From Octopus sinensis (Eukaryota), in contig NW_021831688.1 in NCBI RefSeq assembly GCF_006345805.1, positions 1 to 53,030 on the forward strand: a stretch of 53,030 bases of DNA, read 5' to 3'. Positions 1-12,384 of the stretch are shown in pieces. The first letter of the stretch is position 1. Every line of letters starts with the position of its first letter. Under the pieces are notes generated by a model. It had not been told where the DNA came from. It searched no databases and saw only the letters and a program-made list of their open reading frames with translations. Made by a program: the position numbers and the translations under genes.

Positions 1-116
1 TTACTTTTGTCTTTTAGTTGTTTCAGTCATTTGATTTGTGGTTTGCTGGGGCACCAGCTTGAAGGGTTTTAGGCGAACAAATCGATCCGAGGACTTATGT
101 TTTTTAAAACCTAGTA
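1..116 (-). mobile_element. 3' tail of tRNA-derived SINE (family B)
   Basis: Reverse complement of the cagtcaaatgactgaaacaa...aaaag tail seen in full copies such as 44679-45095. Confidence 0.7.
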
Positions 117-300
117 CAGGGTTGTCCAACCTGAGGCCCGCAGACTTTTATCTTGCGGCCTGCTTGATACTTTCTTGAAATGGGTTTCTTTAAACAACCA
201 TTTTTAAAATATCAGCAAAAATTAAAGATTGTAATGAAAAGTAAAAAAGAAAGATACTGCTGTTTTTGCAGCGATAATATTTCATGTTGAATCAGCGATC
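117..300 (+). mobile_element. hAT-type MITE fragment
   Basis: Starts cagggttgtccaacctgaggcccgc, resembling hAT/Charlie MITE termini. No matching right end was found. Confidence 0.4.
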
Positions 301-324
301 TTTCATTTATTATTGTAATAATGG

Positions 325-325
325 C

Positions 326-418
<93 letters not shown>

Positions 419-419
419 C

Positions 420-512
<93 letters not shown>
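325..512. repeat. (TATC)n/(TGTC)n compound microsatellite
   Basis: Directly visible; it gives the IYLS/SVCL pseudo-ORFs. Similar tracts occur at about 5320-5675, 6240-6570, 16970-17160, 40875-41025 and 42890-43015. Confidence 0.95.
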
Positions 513-514
<2 letters not shown>

Positions 515-898
515 GGTCATCTCCGAGGATGTCCCAAGACTTTTTCCACACGTTTTCCCATTCATCTCGATCTTCCATTCTACTGGTATCTTTTGCCGAA
601 CCGCTAAGTTACGTGGACGAAAATACACCAACACCGGTTTTAAAACGCGTTTGAAACAAATGCAGTGAACCTTTCAAAATAAGCAACAAGGATATCCAAG
701 GTAGAGTAGTACAATTGTTTCATGCTACTTCATTCTATTAAACACTGGTACTATTCTACCTTGGGTATCCTTGTTGCTTATTTTGATTATAATCACCCCA
801 TTTGATTTATATGGATAATACCATACAAAATTCTGGTGCCTTAAGTACCATATTCATCTGAATCTTAATTTTGCTGAACTTATATATATATATATATT

Positions 899-1167
899 AT
901 AATGTAGGTTAAATTTTTTTCGAAAAAAATTTTAACAATGGCCAGCATATTAAAAAATACCATTAAAGGTTAAATTTATAAACAATTCATAAATAAGGGC
1001 AAACGAAAAAATTTTAATGCCAATATGTCCGATTTTTCGGCATAATTGGCATTAGAAATATTTTCGTTTGCCCTTATTTATGAATTGTTTATAAATTTAA
1101 CCTTTAATGGTATTTTAATATGCTGGCCATTGTTAAAATTTTTTTTCGAAAAAAATTTAACCTACAT

Positions 1168-1170
<3 letters not shown>
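899..1170. mobile_element. Foldback element/MITE with about 126-bp inverted arms in a (TA)n tract
   Basis: 899-1024 is the near-exact reverse complement of 1045-1170, with a 20-nt spacer and (TA)n on both sides. Confidence 0.75.
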
Positions 1171-1215
<45 letters not shown>

Positions 1216-1248
1216 TATATAATTATATATATATATATATATATATAT

Positions 1249-1290
<42 letters not shown>

Positions 1291-1329
1291 AGGGGGCGGG
1301 GACAAAATAATTGAAATATCTTGAAAGTT

Positions 1330-1700
1330 TTATAACTTAATACGGAGACGATCCACCTTTGGCATCAATCACAGCTTTACTATCTTGAAGAATTTACTAG
1401 TCATCTTAAAGACCTGTAATCCAGTCGTTTTGCCTAAAATTAGTTCTAAGTTAGAGAGAGAAGATCTCCTTCTGTCAGTAATGGAAGCGTGGTCCAACTC
1501 CTAAAAGCAGAATGGTTTAAGAGAGCAAACTGATATCGAAAGCGTTCTTCAGCATCTAACAACCGTTGCTGGCAATTCCAGACAATAGTCGTAACTACAT
1601 AACAATAGACACTGCCGTGGATCATAAAGAAGTACTTCATTATTCGTTAGAATTTCCAGTAACATCTTATAACTCTTTAATCTGGCAAAACTTTCATCAT
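1330..1700 (+). mobile_element. Possible degraded Helitron PIF1-helicase fragment
   Basis: Peptide YITIDTAVDHKEVLHYSLEF (ORF 1566-1757) resembles the Helitron helicase segment YKSIDTV.D..EAV.YP.EFLNSL. The flanks have stops and frameshifts. Confidence 0.4.
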
Positions 1701-1860
1701 GTTGGCTGCTTTCCATTACTTCAATTTTCTAGCCAGGCGGTAATCATCAGATGTTAAGTCAACTGAGGAATATCTCTTCTCTGTTTTGTTTATGAGAACA
1801 GCATGCTATAAATTTCCAGCTAATAGTAATGTTTACATCTGTCTATTAACGGCTGATAAA

Positions 1861-2240
1861 TCTCTTTTATCTTTTATCTCTTACTTGTCTCAGTCACTGA
1901 ACTGCGGCCATGCTGGGGTCCATCCTTTAAAGGTGTAGTCAAACAAATCGACTCCCAGAGTTTATTTTTTAAAGTCTGGTATTTAGCTTATGGTTCTCCT
2001 TTCGTCGAACCGCTAAGTTACGAAACCAAACAAACAAACCAGCACTAGTTGTCAAGCTAGGTGTACAAACACACAGACACACAGACGCACATACACATAG
2101 ACACACACATATACGATGGGCTTCGTCACGTTTTCCACTTATCAAATTCACTCCACTCGGAGCTATTGTTGAAGACATTTGCTCCAGATGCCGCGCGGTG
2201 GAACCGAACCCGAGACCACGTGGTTGCAAAGCAAATATTT
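1861..2240 (-). mobile_element. tRNA-derived SINE family B, near full length
   Basis: Antisense copy of the head (accacgtggttccggg-like), the body (gaagcccgtcgtatat, central (CA)n) and the tail (cagtc..tgactgagacaag). Confidence 0.85.
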
Positions 2241-2451
2241 TTTCAGCGATCTTCAGAACCGAAACCCTAGGTGTTGTTCTCTTTTATTGTGACTATGACA
2301 ATTAATAACCTAAATACATATAGTTAAGAGAGCAATTAACCGAACTAATTAGCCCATAACCATATTGGTATATTAAAATTCATACCTTACTAGCATATGG
2401 TATGTATGACGGTAAGAGAGGTCTAAAACTACAGGCGTAAAGGAAACCGTG

Positions 2452-2470
2452 GTGCGCCCCCTGGTGGTCA
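2452..2470 (-). promoter_or_regulatory. CTCF-like motif
   Basis: The minus strand reads TGACCACCAGGGGGCGCAC, containing the exact core CCACCAGGGGGCGC. Occupancy is unknown. Confidence 0.5.
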
Positions 2471-2562
2471 ACTGTTTATAGGGGAGACAATCCAGATTAT
2501 ATTAAGTTAAGGTAAGTTTGGAATTTTGAAATTTAAATCAAAGAATAAGGAAAATGGTGTAT

Positions 2563-2864
2563 GTTTGTTCCTTCTCGTGCCACACCTGGCTCATTAGGTC
2601 CGGTTTCCCGGTTTCCTTGGCGTATAGGTTCCCCACCTGGAAGTGACGCCGGTCCGTCACGGGTGAGCTGCAAGATGCTGGAGGAAAGAGTGAGAGAAAG
2701 TTGTGGCGAAAGAGTCAGCAGAAGTTCGCCATTACCTTCAGCCGGAGCCGCGTGGAGCTTAGGTGTTTCGCTCATAAACACACACATCGCCCGGTCTGAG
2801 ATTCGAACCCGCGATCCCTCGATCGCGAGTTCGCTTCTCTAACAACTAGGCCATGGGCCTCCAC
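2563..2864 (-). mobile_element. tRNA-derived SINE (head H1 + V-domain-like tail T1) with 13-bp TSD
   Basis: Antisense tRNA-like head (gtggaggcccatggcctagttgttag...ggttcgaatctc). TSD gaaaatggtgtat at 2550-2562 and 2865-2877. Confidence 0.9.
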
Positions 2865-2915
2865 GAAAATGGTGTATAGAACACACAAATTCAAAATTAC
2901 AATTTTTTTGTAAAG

Positions 2916-4170
2916 AAGGCGATGAGCTGGTAAGAATCGTTAGCAAGCCAGTTAATATGCTTAGTGGAATTTCTCCCGACTTTTTACATTCTGAGTTCAA
3001 ATCCCGCCGAGGTCTACATTGCCTTTCATCTTTTCTGGGTCGATAAAATAAGTGCCAGTTGATCACTGGGGTCGATGTAATCGCCCTACATCCATCCCCC
3101 AAATTACTAGTAGACTCGGTAACTCTCTGGACAAAATTCTTAGCGGCATTTCCTTGTTTTATTTTTTTAATTTACGTTCTGAGTTCAAATAAAGTCGAAG
3201 TCGACTTTACCTTTTCTCTAGTCGGTAATTGATAAAATAAGTACCAGTTGAGTACTGGGGTCAATGCAGTCGACTTATCTCCATCCTCGAAATTACTGGC
3301 TTTGTGTCAAAATTTGAAACTAATATATTTTTTCTGAAGAAAGCGGTGAGCTGGTAGACTCGGTAGATCGCCGGACAAAATGCTTTGTGACATTTCTTCA
3401 AATAAGGCCGCGGTCAACTTTGCCTTTAATCCTTTCGGGGGTAAATAAAATAATTAATTGTGAAGTGCTGACGAAGCATTACTTCATATGGAGTTTCGTA
3501 TCAGTAATGTGTTTTCTAATTTTGGATATACTTAAGGTGGCGAGCTGGCAGAAACGTTAGCACGCCTGGCGAAATGCACAGCAGTATTTCGTCTGCCGCT
3601 ACGTTCTGAGTCCAAATTCCGCCGAGGTCGCCTTTGCCTTTCATCCTTTCGGGGTCGATAAATTAAGTACCAGTTACGCACTGAGGGTGATATAATCGAC
3701 TTAATACTTATGTCTGTCCTTGTTTGTCCCCTCTGTGTTTAGTCCCTTGTGGGTAATAAAGAAATAGGTATTTCGTCTGTCGTTACGTTGTGAGTTCAAA
3801 TTCCGCCGAGGTTGACTTTGCCTTTCATCCTTTCGGGGTTGATAAATTAAGTACCAGTTACGCACTGGGGTCGATATAATCGACTTAATCTGTGTGTCTG
3901 TCCTTGTTTGTCCTCTGTGTGTGTAGCCCCTTGTGGGCAGTAAAGAAAAAGGTATTTTGTCTGCTGCTAAAGGCGACGAGCTGGCAGAAATGTTAGCACC
4001 CCGGACGAAATGCTTCGTGGTATTTCGTTTGTCTTTACGTTCTGAGTTCAAATCCCGCCGAGGTTGACTTTGCCTTTCATCCTTTCGGGGTCGATAAATT
4101 AAGTACCAGTTGCGTATTGGAGCCGATCTAATCGATTGGCCCCCTCTCCAAAAATGTCGGGCCTTGTGCC
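2916..4170 (+). mobile_element. Cluster of tandem Nin-domain-like SINE copies (family A)
   Basis: Repeated ggcgagctggcagaa head and gagttcaaattccgccgaggtcgactttgcctttcatcctttcggggtcgataaattaagtaccagt core, at least 6 partial or full units. Confidence 0.85.
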
Positions 4171-5495
4171 TAGAGAAGAAAAGGATTTGGGATCTACTTG
4201 ACTATATTCTATCTTTTACTTGTTTCAGTCATTAGACTGCGGCCATGCTGGGGTACCGTCTTGAGGAATTTTAGCTGAATGAACCGACACAGGCACTTTT
4301 TGTTTTTTTTCAATCCTGGTATTTATTTTATCGGTCCTACTTTGCTGAGCCGCTAAGTTACGTGGACGTGTATACACCAACACCGGCTGAGATGTACGTA
4401 CAAAAGAAGAAAAGAATAATGTGAGCAATTTGTTCGATTAAACCCTTCAAGGTTGTGCCCCAGCATGGCCGCACTCGAATTTACTGAAACAAGTAAAAAA
4501 TAAATAAGAAATAGATAAAAGATACTCAAACTTTTGGAGATCCCTTTCCTCCCGCACGTATATTAGGGGGGATCATAACAGTCGCATTCACTCTGTTTAA
4601 AAACAACTCCGTAAGATGTTTGACCAATTTTTCTTTCTAAGGAAACATCCGATTCTGCTTTTGAGCAGTGTTTGTTGATACAAATACCTGCAGGATCAAA
4701 TTCTATCAAAGAACACATACCAGCTGTGGGTTCCAGATCCCGTATTTAATATTGTTTTGTAGTTCATGATTTAGCAAAGGCTAAAAACGTTTTCCAGAGA
4801 AGTAATTAGGATGAAAAATTTTCCTCGGGGCCACACAGACAGCCCAATATAGGAGGATGAAGGTATATTTGAGGGAACAGCCCCTTATTTTGACAAGTGA
4901 TGCTGGTGTATAGTTAACTGGAAAGCAGCGAGCGACAACTGAAAATTCAACATATTTACTGTAACAACTTAGAAGTCTTTAATCTGGGAAGAATTCACAT
5001 TAGCAAATAGCTGAGATGTCTCGTAACACAGACGAAATGTCTGAAGTGAGATTGTACTTAGAAAGCTATGAGTGTGTATGTCTGTCTGTATGCATTTATG
5101 TATGTATGCATGTATGTAAGTATGTATGTGTCTATCTGTCTGTCTGTTTGTATGTATATAGATACATATATATGTCCAGATATATGCACACATACACACA
5201 CGCACGCACACAAACACACACACACATATATACTCATCTATCTATTTATCTATTTGTGTGTGTATCTATACACACATATTTAGATATATATGTGTAAATA
5301 TATAAGTATTTATATATTATATGTATGTTTCTATCTATCTATCAACCTACCTACCTATGTATGTATGTATGTATGTATGTATGTATGTATGTATGTATGT
5401 ATGTATGTATGTATGTTTGTATGTATGTAACTATATCTATCTATCTATATATATATATATATATCTAATTGTCTATCTGACTTTCTATCTATCTT

Positions 5496-5570
<75 letters not shown>

Positions 5571-5616
5571 ATTTATCTGTGTGTGTGTGTGTGTGTGTGC
5601 GTGTGTGTGTGTTTGT

Positions 5617-5679
<63 letters not shown>

Positions 5680-5859
5680 AATTGATACAATAAGTCTGAC
5701 GTGGAAACGCTATGGTTATACGGCAATAAGGTGGGCGAAGAGGGGGCATAAAAGTGAAAAAAAAAAACTACTTAAAAAGAAAGCAAAAATGAAATAAAAA
5801 AACAAGCCAAAGCAGTAAGTTGTATTTGACAGGAAGAAGTACAAGGGACTAGAAAGACA

Positions 5860-6110
5860 TTAATATATATTTATAAGGGAGGAGCATGAAACACTTGAAA
5901 GAAAATATCTGCTTATTAGAGAGGATTATAAAAGATAGTCAAGACAGTGTAAGGTTAACTGACTGCGTAAGACGTCAAAGAGGGAGAGAGAGAAAATGGC
6001 CGTTGAAAAAAAAGCGGGTGGTGTGTGGAAAGCTCTACGAACGAGTGAAGAGTGAGAGGATGAGAGAGTAAAGGATAACGGTAGCATGTTTATTACTGTG
6101 TTGAAGGAGG
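5860..6110 (+). repeat. Old unclassified interspersed repeat, with a related inverted copy at about 9240-9400
   Basis: Shares catga..cacttgaaagaa and gacagtgtaaggtt...tgcgta.ga..agaggga with the minus strand of 9240-9400. Confidence 0.45.
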
Positions 6111-6261
6111 GAGAAATCCGGGGTGAAATGAGGAAGTCGCCGTAATAGAATTATAGAATGGAAGGGAGAAATTAGCTGGAGGAAAGAAAGAAATTGTAAT
6201 TACTACGAGGTATATGTATGTATTACATATACATTATCTGTTGTCTGTCTGTCTCTGTCTG

Positions 6262-6332
<71 letters not shown>

Positions 6333-6349
6333 GTATGTCTGTCTTTCTG

Positions 6350-6381
<32 letters not shown>

Positions 6382-6453
6382 CCTATCTATCTTCTATCTA
6401 TCTATCTATCTATCTATCTACTATCTATCTATCTATCTATCTATCTGTCTGTC

Positions 6454-6528
<75 letters not shown>

Positions 6529-6529
6529 C

Positions 6530-6573
<44 letters not shown>

Positions 6574-7028
6574 TTATCTCCGAGTTTGTATGATTGTATA
6601 TAGAATATATTAATGAAATTTCAATTAAGTATAATTTCACGTTTTAGTATTTGCAATCTTTACAATTTTAGAATATTGAAATAATCACACACACACACAC
6701 AAACGCATACATATATACTTGTATGCGTATATCTATCTATCTATCTATATATATATACATATGTATATGTATATATACACATGTATATGTTTATTTATGT
6801 ATGTGTGCATGTACATATGTATGTATCTATCTATCTAATACCGAATAAAAAAAGGTGGAGGGAAGAGCAAGTTATTTTATATTCTTTTCATTTGTCATTA
6901 TAACAACTCTATGGATATCTGGTTTTCAGACAATTCTTTGGCAGAGCAAACGATCTGTCCGATAGCCAATATCATTGAAGAATTTATACTACGATAAATA
7001 CTAGGGTTACATACTCAATGAAATTATT

Positions 7029-7110
<82 letters not shown>

Positions 7111-7152
7111 AAGTCGTTTTGCCAAAAAGCACAGAGAAACGGAGAAGAAAAC

Positions 7153-7198
<46 letters not shown>

Positions 7199-7809
7199 AA
7201 GGAGAGAGATAGAAGGAGAGAAGGAAGGAGGGACAAGAAAAAAATTACTTAGGATAAATTTCATTACGACAATTGGAAATTAGACCATCATTTTAAGTCA
7301 GCAATTTGGAAGAAATTAAGATGGAAATATCTCATCGGTGAACGGGTAAGACGATAAAGATCCTCCTCGTAAAAGGTACCACAGTCTACAGTAGTCAGTA
7401 ATACGATTGTTCCATGTGGCACACCGTGGGACTGAACTCGAAGTCATGTTGTTGTAAAGCGAACGTCTGGGACCTCACAGCCACCATGCGAGAAGAAAAT
7501 CTGTTTCATATTATTTCGAATGGTTCGCTCTCAAAATTCTCCAATCGCCTGCTCTGGAGGCGGTAAGGGTATATTTTATTTACCCTAGAGCCATATTTTA
7601 GACGTCAGAGACATGTGTTGAGTTATCAAAGACATATGATTTCCAGCGCATTCTTTGTATTCCACATTTTTCTTCCATTACGTATCTTAAACATGCATTT
7701 CAGAGTGAACTTGTGTTGTTCTTTAATTCGATTTTCGTGCCAAAGACGTTCAGGTACCTTTATGTTTTTATTGAAATTATTTTGCAAACTAGATATTTTA
7801 TAGAAGCAT

Positions 7810-8430
7810 GACTCACTGTGTGGTTAAAAGCTCGCCTGGAAATAACGCTGTTTCAGGTTCAGTCCCACTGAGCGGTTCCTTGGGCAAGTGCCTTCTACTA
7901 TAATCGTGGGTCGATTGATTACTTGTGAGTGAATATGGTCAACGGAAATTGTATGGAAGCTTGTTGTATATATGTGTGTATGTGCGCATGAGTGTGTGTA
8001 TGTGTGTGTGCCCGTGTGTGTGTGCCTGTGTGTGTTTGTCGTCCCTCCACTGCCTGACAACCGGTGTTGGTTTGTTTACGTTCGTGTAACTTAGCGATTC
8101 GGCAAAAGAGGCTCGCTTTGCACTCACGTTGTTTTCGAGTTCAATCTTACTGAACGGCACTTTGGGCGAATGTCTTCTACAATAGTCCTGGGCCGATTAA
8201 TTACTTGCGAGTGAATATGGCCAACGGAAATTGTGGTGACAACCGCCGTATATATGTATCCGTGTGTGTGTGTTTGTCCTCCCTCCACTGCTTGATAACC
8301 GGTGTTGGTTTGTTTACATTCCCGTGACATAGCGGTTCGATAAAAGTGAGTTAAAAAGGAAAATAAGTACTGGGGTTGACTTGTTTAACAAAACTTTCGA
8401 AGGCAGAGCCCCAGCATGGCCGCAACTAAA
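7810..8430 (+). mobile_element. Two tandem degenerate family B SINE copies
   Basis: Head tgtgtggttaaaagctcgc...ttcagtcccact, then a second body from about 8130 ending ccccagcatggccgca. Confidence 0.75.
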
Positions 8431-8514
8431 CTATTAATTGTCTTGCCTCCACTTAATATTCTTCTCAAAATTGACAAAAGGACATCAATTTATCTCCTGA
8501 ATCTTTTTATTTTA

Positions 8515-8870
8515 TCTATATCTATAAAAGGCAGGATGTGTGTGTGTGTACGTGAATGTACTTTATGCACGTCCACAAATTAGCGCGCATGTCGCTCCAA
8601 TTTTAGGAGGACATTGGTCACGATCATGGCTGTGTTTTTGTCAACTTATTTTTCCCGAGGCACCTCCGGATAGCGGAAAAAATAGCTTTTCAACCATAAC
8701 TTTTACCAAATCCATAAGTTTACTAACATGAGTTAAGTCCCCTGTCTTATAGATTAATTCACCCTACTACAATGTCTCGAAAAAAATTATATTTAGACTA
8801 CCTAAGCAATCTCAGCGTAGGAAAAGAGAAAGAGCTGAAGAGACTGACTCTCAGCAGACCCATTAGTAAA
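8515..8870 (+). mobile_element. Helitron 5' terminal fragment
   Basis: A|TC start (tctatatctataaaaggcaggatgtgtgtgtg), followed by the peptide relic RLPKQSQRRKRERAEETDSQQ, typical of RepHel N-termini. Confidence 0.5.
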
Positions 8871-9457
8871 ATATTATAACTTTTTGGGCCGAAACCTGGC
8901 AATAAGAGCTTGCAGATATTCCGCTATGAAACATTCAATAATATCAAAGCAGTAACTTTCATAAATCAGGGTATAATTTTTGAAGACTTTTTCTGAACAC
9001 AGTCAACCACGGGTATTTCTGCCATTTTTATATACTTAAATACAGATTTCTCTAAACTATAATTTACATGCCTCTCCCATATTCACATTTCCTTTTCCAC
9101 TTCGATCCCTTTTATCTGCTTCTATTACTGCGACTTCCTTATTTAAAAGGACTTTCTATCTTTCCATTCTGCAGACATATTTTTTTTCTTTCCTAATCCT
9201 CATTAGTCCCTTTCTTTCTCATTCTACAGACAGTGTATAATCACTCTGCCACCAGATATATTTCAATAGACTTCTTTTGCTCTTCTCCCTCTCTTCCTAC
9301 GCAACCACCAAACCTTACACTGTCGCGCATTCTTTCAAGTGCCTCATATGACTTTCATATTCTTTATATAATATTTTAGAGTCTAACCCCATTCAGAGAC
9401 ATATATAACTTTCTGCCTAGTTTCTTTTATATTACGTTCAATAAGTTATATATATAT

Positions 9458-9677
9458 ATAGGCGCAGGTGTGCTTGCGTGGTAAGTAGCTTGCTTACGAA
9501 CCACATCGTTCCAGGTTCAGTCCCACTGCATGGCACCTTGGGCAAGTGCAAGTGTCTCCTACTATAGCCTCGGGTCGACCAAAGCCTTGTGAGTGGATGT
9601 GGTAGACGGAAACTGAATGAAGCCCGTGATATATATACATATATATATACACATATATATGTGTGTGTTTGTGTGTG

Positions 9678-9710
<33 letters not shown>

Positions 9711-9925
9711 ATGTTTGTGTGTCTGTGTTTGTGCCTCCACCATCGCTTGACAACTGATGCTGGTGTGTTTACGCCCCCGTGACCTAGCGGTTCGGCAAAA
9801 GAGACTGATAGAATAAGTACTAGGCTTACAAAGAATAAGTTCTCAGGTCGATTTGCTCGACTAAAGGCGGTGTTCCAGCATGGCCGCAGTCAAATGACTG
9901 AAACAAATAAAAGAATAAAAGAATA
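9458..9925 (+). mobile_element. tRNA-derived SINE family B, full length
   Basis: Head aggcgcaggtgtgcttgcgtggtaag...ggttcagtccc, central microsatellite, tail cagtcaaatgactgaaacaaataaaagaataaaag. Confidence 0.9.
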
Positions 9926-9930
9926 TATAT

Positions 9931-10300
9931 ATATAGCAAATGAAAGACAGAAGATGGACTATACGAGAATTTATTATTAATCATGACAATTGTTTCGGTA
10001 CATCTAGCATCGATTCTTCAAGGGTGAGACACTCAACAACTGGTTCAGGTGCATCCGGTGGTGCAGATGTATCTCGTCGGGTGATAAATAAATAAATACA
10101 ACTCGTTAAAATGACTGTTCCACAATGTAACTTTCCGTTTTATAGAAAGAAAAGCAGCCAAGCGGAGGAAATATCTTCATTTATATAAAAGATAGAAAAT
10201 AAAATCACAAATGAATCGATGCTAGTAGATGTATCGAAACAATTGTAGTGGTTAATAATAAATTCTCGTATATCCCATCTTCCGTCTCATTTGCCATATA
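9931..10300. mobile_element. Small element with about 90-bp inverted arms carrying degenerate hammerhead-like motifs (Penelope-terminus derived?)
   Basis: 9931-10020 and 10212-10300 are diverged reverse complements, each with GAAAC-AATTG-T(C/A). Confidence 0.55.
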
Positions 10301-10394
10301 CCTAACGATCACTGTGAAAGGGACCGTGCTCTACCAGTAAGCTACCAGGTGCAAACCATTCGCTTTATTATCCATTATATATGTATAATGTAAC

Positions 10395-10590
10395 TACATG
10401 TGGATGATCTTTTTTCTCCATGTTCCTTTTCTCTTGGACTTTCCTCTGCCCCGTTTCTGGAGAAGAGCCTTGGTCGAAACGTAAAACACCCTTTTTTTCC
10501 TACCCTAAGCATCGTATTAATACTTTGCGTGTACCACGTCCTCGCGTTGTTTTTCTCGTTTTTTTGGGGTGGGGTGGGGATTAACTATAT
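10395..10590 (+). mobile_element. Short non-coding hammerhead-bearing retroelement copy (core mutated)
   Basis: 10453-10487 reads GTTT CTGGAGA A GAGCCTTGGTC GAAA CGTA AAAC. It is homologous to 22091-22303 (-) and ends gattaactatat before (CATA)n. Confidence 0.65.
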
Positions 10591-11010
10591 ACAAACATAT
10601 ACACACGTACACACACATATGCATACACATACATACATACATACATACATACATACATACATACATACATACATACATACACACACACATACATACATAC
10701 ATAGCATCCTGAGCAAGTATTTTCAAATATAGCCTCGGGCCTATCAAAGCCTTGTGAGCGGACTGAAATATATATAAATACATACACAGACACGCACACA
10801 CACGCAGACACATACACACACACATATAGGTATTATGTATGTATTTATGTATATATGTATGTATGCGTGTGTGTGTGTGGGTGTGTATCACGCCTCCGTC
10901 ACACCTTTACCGCAACCCACTCAACTTCTCCCAGTAGAATCGTATTCCCAACCGATCCCTAATTCCTGTTGTCTCTTTCTTCTTCCCTCCTTTCCACCGC
11001 CCACTTCCTT

Positions 11011-11048
11011 TTATCTGACGAGGAACTCTGATGTCCGAAACGTCAAAG
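11011..11048 (+). ncRNA. Minimal type I hammerhead ribozyme motif
   Basis: CTGACGA (11015-11021), stem II GGA(A)C..GTCC, GAAA (11037-11040), palindromic ACGT stem III and a GTC cleavage triplet. Stem I is weak. Confidence 0.6.
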
Positions 11049-11183
11049 ACCCTTTCTATTTCTTTTCAAGCATGAAACGAATAACACCTTTGTGGAAACT
11101 CATCCCTTTTTTACCTTGTTTTTGTTGTTTTTTCCTGCCACTCATCATACATACATACATACATACATACGTATATATATATA

Positions 11184-11274
<91 letters not shown>

Positions 11275-11737
11275 CAGAAAGAGACAGAGGGAGAGACACA
11301 GCAGACAGAGAGACAAACAGACAGACAGAGACAGAGAGACAGAGAAAGGAAACTAAATTGATGTATTAGCATCAAGCATATATCCTTACTAATTAAGGGC
11401 GCGATTAAACACAGAAAGGGAGAGAGACAGAGAAGCAGGGAGACAGGGAAAAAAAGGGTCGGGGGTAAATTGATGTATAAACATCAAGCATATATCCTTG
11501 GCAATTAAGAACTCAGGTAAACAACGACACGGCGTAAGGTTTCAGTAAACCCACGTAGAGAAAAATACTCGCATGTATATTTATAATCGGCGTATCTAGA
11601 ATAAAAAAAGGTGTAAATTTCATAGGGTTCATAATTTAATTATGTTCGATGTCTGTTTCGTTAACAATAAACATAATTAATTCCGTAGTTACGTAATTAG
11701 TACATGTAATTAATTAAATTAAATGAATTTAAATTAA

Positions 11738-12113
11738 AACAAGAGCACTCAAAGAGTGCAAACCTCCGCCAAGGCAACACTAATGTGCTCTCAACGATTA
11801 GCCGGAGATGATTTTTAAAATGAGAATATCTGAAATAATCTCGTCTGCTCTCACAAACGAGAATACTAAAAATGAACCCGACTGCTCTCAAAAATTAAGT
11901 AAAAAAGAAACTAGGAAAAATAATCCAGAATCCTTGTCCGGTACCGGATCGATCCCAAAATCTAATCAGTTTGTGCCAGTTACGAGGCCAAACATCTCTG
12001 ATAGTTTCATCCGAATCCATTCAGCGGTTCTTGAGATATCTTGTCCACGGACAAACCAACAAACAAATACGACTGAAAACAATACCACCGCCTTTACTAA
12101 GGCGGAGTTGATA
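11738..12113 (+). mobile_element. Non-autonomous Helentron-like (HINE/Pearl-type) element
   Basis: 5' subterminal acctccgccaagg (about 11762-11774) and 3' hairpin ccgcctt-tact-aaggcgg (12088-12105) overlapping the complementary ggcggag, followed by an A/T-rich end. Confidence 0.65.
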
Positions 12114-12353
12114 AATAAATTAAAATTAATTGATTATTCCTCTTAATTAGATTATTAAATTAACGATGTTTATTGCAAATGAAACATTTGTCGAACTTAA
12201 ATGGGGAACAGCTTATCAAATTTGTTCTATTATGCTTTGTATATAAGTGTGTGTGTGTGTGTATTTTTGTGTGCCTGTGCGCACACAAATACGCAATGTT
12301 ATATATCCATATATTCATATATATATATATATGCATACATATACATACATACA

Positions 12354-12384
<31 letters not shown>

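Noticed and set aside
4560-4990. Non-repetitive-looking stretch tested as a Helitron helicase or Penelope C-terminal relic
   Set aside because: Only vague similarities were found in any frame, with no convincing motif.
7479-7568. Perfect Kozak gccaccATG followed by a short ORF and a GTAAGG donor, as a possible first exon
   Set aside because: The Kozak-like string is the decayed antisense end of a family B SINE head (accacacagcca..tgcg). The peptide is not a signal peptide, and the donor is phase 2, incompatible with the phase-1 CUB exon.
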